From NCBI GenBank assembly GCA_964435575.1, contig CAYSZS010000002.1, positions 762-64,761 on the forward strand: a DNA stretch of 64,000 nt, read 5' to 3'. Of this stretch, positions 57,237-64,000 are shown piece by piece. The translations under genes and the position numbers were made by a program. How positions within the stretch are numbered: the first letter of the stretch is position 1; each line of letters opens with the position of its first letter. The notes below the pieces were generated by a model, which did not search any database, was not told where the DNA came from, and was given only the letters and a program-made list of their open reading frames with translations. Source of the DNA: an uncultured Gammaproteobacteria bacterium (GTDB taxonomy: Bacteria; Patescibacteriota; Microgenomatia; UBA8517).

Positions 57237-58016
57237 ATGAAAAGAATACTCTTTATTCTACTACCAATTTTGGCTTTTTTGGTAGTTTTAATATTTTTTT
57301 ATAAATCAAAGGGAATTGACAAAAAAATTAAGACTCCCCAGAAAGAAGAACAGGCAGAAGAATCTTTTTCGCCAACTCCAAGCCTAACGGAATCCTTTAA
57401 TTCTAGCTATCAGACTGTTTGGGTAACGGTTAGAGATATCGGTAAAATCAAGCTTTTTTTAAACCTGGTAGAAAAACTTTCGTCCGATGAAGCTTCAACA
57501 AAAAATAACTGCGCCCATCTTATAAACGGAGGGTTTTACGATAAAAATGATAAGCCTATCGGCCTTTTTGTTATAGACGGCAGGGTATTAGAAATCGCCA
57601 AAGAGAATTCGCTTTTGAATGGCTATTTTTATATAGATTTGCAAGAAAAAGCATACATAGAAAGTGTTTCTCCAAAGAGTCCCTCGATTGCCGTTCAGGC
57701 CGGACCGATTTTGTTTAAAAACCAAAAACCCGTTAGTCTAACTCTTTCTAAAGACGAATTAGCAAGAAGGATAGTCGTTGCTACGACAAAAGATCAAAAG
57801 GCTATTTTTTTAGTTTTTTACACAAAAGCTAATCCTCTTTTAGGACCGACGTTGTCCGAATTACCCGGAATTATTGAAGAAATTAGACAGAATGCAAAGT
57901 TGGATATCGTCAACGCAATAAACCTTGACGGCGGGACCCACTCTTCCTTTTTAACAAAAAATTTTAAACTCAGCGAAGTTGCCACTATTGGAAGCTATTT
58001 CTGCATTGTCCCTTAG
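57237..58016 (+). CDS. Phosphodiester glycosidase (NAGPA-like) family protein
   Basis: INGGFY, QAGPIL, AINLDGG. Confidence 0.8.
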   Translation: MKRILFILLPILAFLVVLIFFYKSKGIDKKIKTPQKEEQAEESFSPTPSLTESFNSSYQTVWVTVRDIGKIKLFLNLVEKLSSDEASTKNNCAHLINGGFYDKNDKPIGLFVIDGRVLEIAKENSLLNGYFYIDLQEKAYIESVSPKSPSIAVQAGPILFKNQKPVSLTLSKDELARRIVVATTKDQKAIFLVFYTKANPLLGPTLSELPGIIEEIRQNAKLDIVNAINLDGGTHSSFLTKNFKLSEVATIGSYFCIVP

Positions 58017-58244
58017 CTAGCGAATTTTTTTAGAATATTTCGGAAGAGTCGTTTTTATTTTGTTGTATTGCCTTTTTAATTTTATTAAATTGATCTCGAA
58101 CTGACTTTTTGAAAATTGGTAGATTTTATAGGGAAGGTTTCTATTTATGTGGGAAAATATTTGAGCTTGATGAGCAGACTTGAATTCTCTTGGAGTTTGT
58201 CTGAAGAAGGTGTTTACTCTTTTAGCCTTTTTCTTTTCAGCCAT
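58017..58244 (-). CDS. Small basic hypothetical protein
   Basis: ORF fills the intergenic gap exactly. Confidence 0.4.
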   Translation of the reverse strand: MAEKKKAKRVNTFFRQTPREFKSAHQAQIFSHINRNLPYKIYQFSKSQFEINLIKLKRQYNKIKTTLPKYSKKIR

Positions 58245-58266
58245 ATTTAATTATACATGATTTGCA

Positions 58267-58620
58267 CTATACTACCTTGATAATTTTTGCACTGCTTACT
58301 TTTTTGTTATTTACCTCGATTGCTACAACGTCGATTCTTTGTTTATTAAAGACATTTTTATGAGTTAAAAGATAATAGTCTCCGGCACGTTTAATTCTAT
58401 AAAGCTTTCTTTTATTTACGGCTTCTTCGGGCTTGCCGTATTTCTTACTCCACCTGGTCTTGACTTCGACAAAAACCAAAGTATCGCGATCTTCCGCAAT
58501 TATATCTATTTCTCCCACCTTGGTTCTGAAGTTTCTTTCGAGGATTTTATAATTATGTTCTTTTAGTAATCCGACCGCATATTCCTCACCGATATCTCCG
58601 GACAGTCTTTTGCCTTTCAT
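58267..58620 (-). CDS. yraN: YraN/UPF0102 family endonuclease-like protein
   Basis: GEIDII...LVFVEVKTR...RIDVVAI. Confidence 0.9.
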   Translation of the reverse strand: MKGKRLSGDIGEEYAVGLLKEHNYKILERNFRTKVGEIDIIAEDRDTLVFVEVKTRWSKKYGKPEEAVNKRKLYRIKRAGDYYLLTHKNVFNKQRIDVVAIEVNNKKVSSAKIIKVV

Positions 58621-58631
58621 TGGAAAGTTTT

Positions 58632-59012
58632 TTATTTTTTTTGGGATTTCTTAGTTACTTCCTTACTATTTTCCCTTCTTGCTGCTCTTTTATAAATTAG
58701 ATCAATTTCACGCTTGGAAATACCCCTTGTATAGTATAGTTTTCCGCGCCTTATGCCTTTTGTACCCTTTTTTATAACTTCTATTTTCTCAATTGTGGGA
58801 GAGTAAAGCGGAAAAATTCTTTCAACGCCGATTTGTCCTGCACCAATTCTTCTGACGGAAAAACTTTTATTTTCGTCTCGACCCGATAAGGCAATTACCA
58901 TTCCTTCAAATATTTGTAAGCGGTTTTTTTCGCCCTCTTTTATTTTTTGAACAACTTTAATTTTGTCTCCAGGACCAAAGGAGGTATCTTTATGGATTAT
59001 AGTTAGTGTCAT
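58632..59012 (-). CDS. rplS: 50S ribosomal protein L19
   Basis: EGEKNRLQIFEG, GVERIFPLYSP, RRGKLYY; start moved to MTLTII. Confidence 0.93.
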   Translation of the reverse strand: MTLTIIHKDTSFGPGDKIKVVQKIKEGEKNRLQIFEGMVIALSGRDENKSFSVRRIGAGQIGVERIFPLYSPTIEKIEVIKKGTKGIRRGKLYYTRGISKREIDLIYKRAARRENSKEVTKKSQKK

Positions 59013-59058
59013 ATAATTAACTAATTTTTGGTATTTTACACCATTAATACATTGAAAA

Positions 59059-62000
59059 CTAGTCGAGTTTACGATTAAACTCAAAAATGTCCGTAATTTT
59101 ATGAGAAAGATTTTGGCTCCAGGATATTTTTATATTAAGATCAACCGTACGTTTTACTTTTCCCTCAAAAACCAAACTTACATTTTGGTTACCCGGGTTA
59201 TTAAGAAGTATTTTTTTTAAATTTATGAGATTGTCGGTGGAGGATTCTTTAGGTACCGTAATGAATAACCGACCGCTTTCTGAGCTTAAACTGTCTTTGG
59301 TATTAATTTCGCTGACAATAATAGCAGGTTCTTCGTCTTTAAAATCGACTCTTCCTGTTACTAATATGGCCTTATTGTCAATCAAGGAATTTCTTGTATC
59401 CTTGAAGGTTTTAGGAAATACGACGAGTTCAAGTGTACCCGTATCGTCTCTTACTTTTACAAATGCCATTTCCTGACCTGTTTTTTTTGTAATAATGATT
59501 CTGACGTCGGTCACTATCGCTGCAATTTTTACATTTTGCTCTAAGGTTTCTTCAGTAAAAATGTCTTGGATTTTATGGGTAGCCAGGTTCTCTAAAGTGC
59601 CTAAAACTTCATTTATTGGCCGGGCCGAAAGGGAAAATCCCAATAGTTGTCTCTCAAGGCTTTGGAGCTCGTCCTCGGAAAATTCGTCTAAGTTAAGATT
59701 TATTTCCGAAAAATCGCTCTCCGTAGTTTTTTTGAAGTCGTCTTGGCTAAAAAGTCCTTCCTGATTTTCAGGACCTTTTGGCTTTGAAACCCTATTTCTG
59801 ATTCCTTCCATTGAGGCTAAAAGAGAAGCGCGTGAGCCGAAAGAGGAAAGCGCGCCAACTTTTATGAGTGATTCGAGAACTTTTTTGTTTACGCGCCGTG
59901 GGTCAACCCGGGATAGAAAATCTGCGAAAGAATTAAATGCGTCTTTCGACCTCTCTTCAAGAATTGCCATAATTGCGGCTTTACCCACATTTTTGATGGC
60001 GTCAAATCCAAACCTGATTGCTTTTGATTCCAGCGATTCCGAATCCTTAATGATTTTAAAGCCTACGTCGCTCTCGTTTATATCGGGAGGTAAAACTTTA
60101 ATCTTCATTCTTTTGCATTCGTTAACCGCCGCCGAGACTTTTTCGGGATCTTTTGCTTCAGCCGTCAGGAGTGCATTCATAAATTCAACAGTATAATTAG
60201 CTTTCATATATGCCGTCCAATAGGCTACCATTCCGTAGGAAGCAGCATGTGCTTTGTTAAAGCCGTAGCCCGAGAAAGGTTCAATCAATTTAAAAAGCTC
60301 CCCTGCTTTATCTTTTGTCAACCCGTTATTGACCGCTCCTTCAATAAATTTAGTTTTTTGTTTTTCCATTTCCTGGGGAATTTTTTTACCTACCGCTTTT
60401 CTGAATTTATCGGATTCTTCCCAGGTGTAACCGGCAATTTTTATTGCTGTTTGGAATACGTCGTCCTGATAGACCAAAAGGCCGTAGGATTTACCGAGAT
60501 ACTCTTTCATTCTTTCGTCAAAATAGATAATTTTTTCGGGATTGTTTTTTCTTTCAATATATTCAGGAATTTGGACCATGGGCCCGGGTCTATATAACGC
60601 AACCATTGCCATCAGGTCTTCAACACGCGTGGGTTTCAGGTCTTTGAGATATCTGGTCATGCCGCTACCTGCTAGTTGAAAGACGCCCATGGTATCACCC
60701 TTCGAGAGCATTTCAAAAGTTTTTTTATCGTTTAAAGGTATATTTAGTATGTTAATATCTATGGCGTAGTTTCTTTTAACGACCTCAATGGCTTCACCTA
60801 AAATTGAGAGATTTCGCAGGCCCAAAAGGTCAAATTTTAAAAGGCCGACCGCTTCGTTTGGCGATACGTTAGGGTCGAGTGAATCCATATCGTATTGTGT
60901 TATTACCTTTTTTCCTTCTGGATCGAGTTGGATTGGCGTAAATTTAATGATATCGTCGGGAGCTATGACTACGCCGGCTGCGTGTACTGAAATATGCCTT
61001 GCGTTTCCCTCAACCTGCCTGGCAAGATCTATAATTTTCTTGGCGTCTTTATCACTCTCGTACATTTGCTTTAAATCAGGTGAAGTACTAAGCGCTTTAT
61101 CTATTGTCATCGGAAAACCCTGAGACCCGATTGGAATAAGTTTTGATATTCTGTCGCCTGTTGAGTAGGGGTAGCCTAAAACCCGGGCGATGTCTCTAAC
61201 AGATCCTCTTGCCAGCATCCGTCCGAAAGTACAGATTTGTGCCACTTTTTCCTTGCCGTATTTTTCTGTCATATAGGTAATTACTTCTTCCCGTCTGTTA
61301 TCTGCTATGTCAAAATCAATGTCGGGCGGAGACGGTCTCCAGGGAGTAAGAAATCTCTCAAAAGGAAGGTCGTAGTCAATTGGGTTAATATTAATAATGC
61401 CCAATGCATAAGCAACCAGGCTTCCTGCAGTAGATCCTCTTGTATTTGTTATTATCATATTGGTATTACACCAATCGGCAATGTCGGCTACAATTAAAAA
61501 GTATGTCGAGTAACCCTTTTGTTTTATTATTGAGAGTTCGTAGTTGAGGCGTTCCCTTATCTCGGGAGTAATTTTTTCTAACCTTTTTTCCAGACCTTGC
61601 CAGCTTTTTTCAACGAGCTCTTTATCAGGGGTTTTAGCTTCGGAGAGTTCGAATTCGGGAAAATACCATTTGTCCAAAGTAATTGTAAGGCTACACTTAT
61701 CGGCAATTTTTTGTGAATTTTGTAGAGCTTCGGGCAAATCGGGGAAAAGGCTGGTCATTTCTTCTGTAGATTTCAGATAAAAAGTTGGCGAATCAATGTA
61801 GCGTAGTCTCTTGAGGTCGCTGACGTTTTTCCCGGTTGCAATACAAACTAGAGCGTCTTGAGCCATGCTTTCTTCTTTTTTTACATAATGAGCGTCATTT
61901 GTTGCAACGATCGGTATTCCCAATTCACGGCTTAATCGGATTATTCCTTGGTTAACCGCTTTTTCAGATTCTACCTGTTGTTTCAGGAAAGTTTTAATTT

Positions 62001-62571
62001 CTTCATTTTCCGAAGTCTCTATGTATTTTTCAGGTTCGTGTCTTTGAACTTCTAAGTAATAATCTTTGCCGAAAATATCCAAAAACGTTGTTGCCGTTTC
62101 TTTAGCCTTCTTAAAGTCATCCGCAATTAATGCTTGGCCTATTTCTCCTAAGGGACAGGCAGATGTACAAATAAGGCCTTTTGAATATTTAATAAGCGTT
62201 TCTCTGTCAAATCTTGGTCTATAATAATAACCTTCAAGATGGGCTATTGAAGTAAGTTTCATCAGGTTTTGATAACCCTCGTTATCTTTAGCCAATAGGA
62301 GAAGATGGTAATTTTTTAGTTTTGACCTCTCCGGTCTTTCTTTTAAATTAACATTCGTAATATACCCTTCCATTCCGATGATTGGCTTTATGCCTTCTTT
62401 AAGCGCTTTTTTATAAAATTCTATACATCCGTACATTACTCCGTGGTCTGTTATTGCGAGAGCGTCCATTCCCAAGGTCTTGATGTGCGAAAACATTAAA
62501 TCTATTCTCGACAAGCCGTCAAGAAGAGAGTATTCGCTGTGAACATGTAGGTGAACGAATTTATTTTTCAT
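59059..62571 (-). CDS. dnaE: DNA polymerase III alpha subunit
   Basis: HLHVHSEYSLLDG, PDIDFD, KFDLLGL, YGFNKAH, OB fold. Confidence 0.97.
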   Translation of the reverse strand: MKNKFVHLHVHSEYSLLDGLSRIDLMFSHIKTLGMDALAITDHGVMYGCIEFYKKALKEGIKPIIGMEGYITNVNLKERPERSKLKNYHLLLLAKDNEGYQNLMKLTSIAHLEGYYYRPRFDRETLIKYSKGLICTSACPLGEIGQALIADDFKKAKETATTFLDIFGKDYYLEVQRHEPEKYIETSENEEIKTFLKQQVESEKAVNQGIIRLSRELGIPIVATNDAHYVKKEESMAQDALVCIATGKNVSDLKRLRYIDSPTFYLKSTEEMTSLFPDLPEALQNSQKIADKCSLTITLDKWYFPEFELSEAKTPDKELVEKSWQGLEKRLEKITPEIRERLNYELSIIKQKGYSTYFLIVADIADWCNTNMIITNTRGSTAGSLVAYALGIININPIDYDLPFERFLTPWRPSPPDIDFDIADNRREEVITYMTEKYGKEKVAQICTFGRMLARGSVRDIARVLGYPYSTGDRISKLIPIGSQGFPMTIDKALSTSPDLKQMYESDKDAKKIIDLARQVEGNARHISVHAAGVVIAPDDIIKFTPIQLDPEGKKVITQYDMDSLDPNVSPNEAVGLLKFDLLGLRNLSILGEAIEVVKRNYAIDINILNIPLNDKKTFEMLSKGDTMGVFQLAGSGMTRYLKDLKPTRVEDLMAMVALYRPGPMVQIPEYIERKNNPEKIIYFDERMKEYLGKSYGLLVYQDDVFQTAIKIAGYTWEESDKFRKAVGKKIPQEMEKQKTKFIEGAVNNGLTKDKAGELFKLIEPFSGYGFNKAHAASYGMVAYWTAYMKANYTVEFMNALLTAEAKDPEKVSAAVNECKRMKIKVLPPDINESDVGFKIIKDSESLESKAIRFGFDAIKNVGKAAIMAILEERSKDAFNSFADFLSRVDPRRVNKKVLESLIKVGALSSFGSRASLLASMEGIRNRVSKPKGPENQEGLFSQDDFKKTTESDFSEINLNLDEFSEDELQSLERQLLGFSLSARPINEVLGTLENLATHKIQDIFTEETLEQNVKIAAIVTDVRIIITKKTGQEMAFVKVRDDTGTLELVVFPKTFKDTRNSLIDNKAILVTGRVDFKDEEPAIIVSEINTKDSLSSESGRLFITVPKESSTDNLINLKKILLNNPGNQNVSLVFEGKVKRTVDLNIKISWSQNLSHKITDIFEFNRKLD

Positions 62572-62577
62572 AATTAT

Positions 62578-63219
62578 TTATTTTCTATCAGCACCTTTTG
62601 ACCTTTTAACTTCATACATTTTCGTTTCAGCTCTTTCTAAAGTTTTACTAATATCCTCATCTTTGTTACGTTGTGCATAACCTATGCTCATGTTTATAGG
62701 AACTTCTTCTGGTATCTCCCATAATAAAGAATTATTAATTATTTCCAGTAGTGACTCCTTTAATCGTTCTGCGACACTCTCGGCCTCATCAGTATTTGTA
62801 GCTGGTAATAGAATTTCGAATTCATCTCCCGATATGTGTGCCACAATATCAGCATCTCTTGTACCAATCTTTAAAGTATTAGCTATTGCTTGAATAACTT
62901 TATCACCTGTAGCATGACCATACGAGTCGTTAATTTCTTTAAGTCTATCCAAATCAATTAACATAACAGATAATTCTTCGTTTGTTCTCTCGCTGTGGGC
63001 TTCATAAAATTCCAGATATCTATTAAAACCTCTTCTATTTAGAAGTCCGGTTAAGTCATCAATTTCAACCGCTAATTTTAGTTTTCTTATTAGTTCATCC
63101 TTTTCTAAATCCATAATAGCTTTTTCTCTGGGGTCCATCAAACTATGCTTTTCCTGCCGTTCATTTATTTGTTCTTCACTAAAACCCATTGGCTCATTAG
63201 GAGTTAGTTCTTCGCTCAT
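62578..63219 (-). CDS. GGDEF-domain protein (SGDEF variant)
   Basis: DDLTGLLNRRG, DLDRLKEINDSYGHATGD, HISGDEF. Confidence 0.88.
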   Translation of the reverse strand: MSEELTPNEPMGFSEEQINERQEKHSLMDPREKAIMDLEKDELIRKLKLAVEIDDLTGLLNRRGFNRYLEFYEAHSERTNEELSVMLIDLDRLKEINDSYGHATGDKVIQAIANTLKIGTRDADIVAHISGDEFEILLPATNTDEAESVAERLKESLLEIINNSLLWEIPEEVPINMSIGYAQRNKDEDISKTLERAETKMYEVKRSKGADRK

Positions 63220-63237
63220 AATTCATTTTACAATGTT

Positions 63238-63999
63238 TTAAAGTAATTTTTTATGGAGAATTTCTTTAACTTTAATGGGATCTGCGTGGCCTTTGGATAA
63301 GCTCATTACTTTTCCTATAATTACTGAAATAGCATTAACCTTACCCTTTTTATAATCATCAGCTGCTTTTGGTAATTCTTTAATGGCTTTTTCGACTAAA
63401 ATTGCAAGCTCGGACTCTTCTGTCACCTTGCCTTCCTCTTTAATTTTGATTTTTTTAAGTAAAGATTCAGGGGGTACTTTTGATATATCTACTTTCTGAT
63501 TGACAATAATTCCAGCCATTCTATCAGGTTCTATTTTCTTTTTTAGAGCCAGATTAAAAACTATATATGCGTACTCCGTTAAACTTTTACTACCGGTTAA
63601 AATCTGAGCATAGGATTTTCTGACTTTGTATTTTTCGATAAATTCCTTGGCAATTTCGTCGGGCAGTCTTGGGATTTTTCTTTTGAGTTTTTTTATAAAA
63701 TCGTCGCTAAATTCCATCGGGGGAATATCAGGTTCAGGGAAGTATCTGTAGTCTGAAGCTGTCTCCTTAAACCTCTGTGATATTGTTTCGTTATTGCCTT
63801 CACTCCAGCCGCGTGTTTCCTGTCTAGGAGTTTCACCTTTGTCTAAAATTTGCTTCTGGCGTTTCAACTCAAATTCGATAGCCTTGTCGACAAATCTGAA
63901 AGAGTTTAAATTTTTTACTTCAACTTTGTAACTCCAATTAAGTCCCCAGGAAATATTTGCTTCCAATCTCATTGACCCCTTTTCCATATCGCAGTCAGA
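63238..63999 (-). CDS. gatB: Asp/Glu-tRNA amidotransferase subunit B (5' end outside window)
   Basis: EVKNLNSFR, QETRGW, DYRYFPEPD. Confidence 0.95.
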   Translation of the reverse strand, partial: SDCDMEKGSMRLEANISWGLNWSYKVEVKNLNSFRFVDKAIEFELKRQKQILDKGETPRQETRGWSEGNNETISQRFKETASDYRYFPEPDIPPMEFSDDFIKKLKRKIPRLPDEIAKEFIEKYKVRKSYAQILTGSKSLTEYAYIVFNLALKKKIEPDRMAGIIVNQKVDISKVPPESLLKKIKIKEEGKVTEESELAILVEKAIKELPKAADDYKKGKVNAISVIIGKVMSLSKGHADPIKVKEILHKKLL

Positions 64000-64000
64000 A

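Noticed and set aside
59059-62571. Intein in dnaE
   Set aside because: Length is normal (1170 aa) and no intein terminal motifs were seen

Overview
Chromosomal window from a small-genome bacterium, about 37-40% GC by eye, code 11. Gene content and style suggest Patescibacteria/CPR, probably Microgenomates; this is inference. Five regions run left to right. (1) 1-12 kb: the 3' end of a large serine recombinase reading into tRNA-Lys, then a dispersed set of 12 intact tRNAs interleaved with small accessory genes, pyrG and a DRG-type GTPase. (2) 16-29 kb: secG, a RAYT-type HUH transposase with flanking hairpins, and uvrC/uvrA/uvrB/lexA. (3) 28.7-38.5 kb: a sugar-phosphate/gluconeogenesis run (pmm, IMPase, pgi/pmi, ppsA, eno, gpmI) interrupted by a PaaX-like gene bracketed by palindromic direct repeats. 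(4) 43-55 kb: a SipW/TasA-like extracellular fibre locus with two SipW peptidases (one fused to its own substrate motif), several TasA-like proteins with vWA, lamin-tail or RTX additions, and a Crp regulator. (5) 58-64 kb: rplS, dnaE, a GGDEF protein and gatB. The most unusual signals are: a ladder of tRNA-Phe 5' remnants that delimit single-gene cassettes and end in an HNH endonuclease overlapping a variant intact tRNA-Phe; a covarying 91-95 nt element found only at tRNA ends; a covarying leader RNA motif shared by two unrelated genes; the SipW-substrate fusion; and several mini-elements inserted in frame in housekeeping genes. All alignments and folds were done by eye; coordinates of non-coding elements may be off by a few bases.
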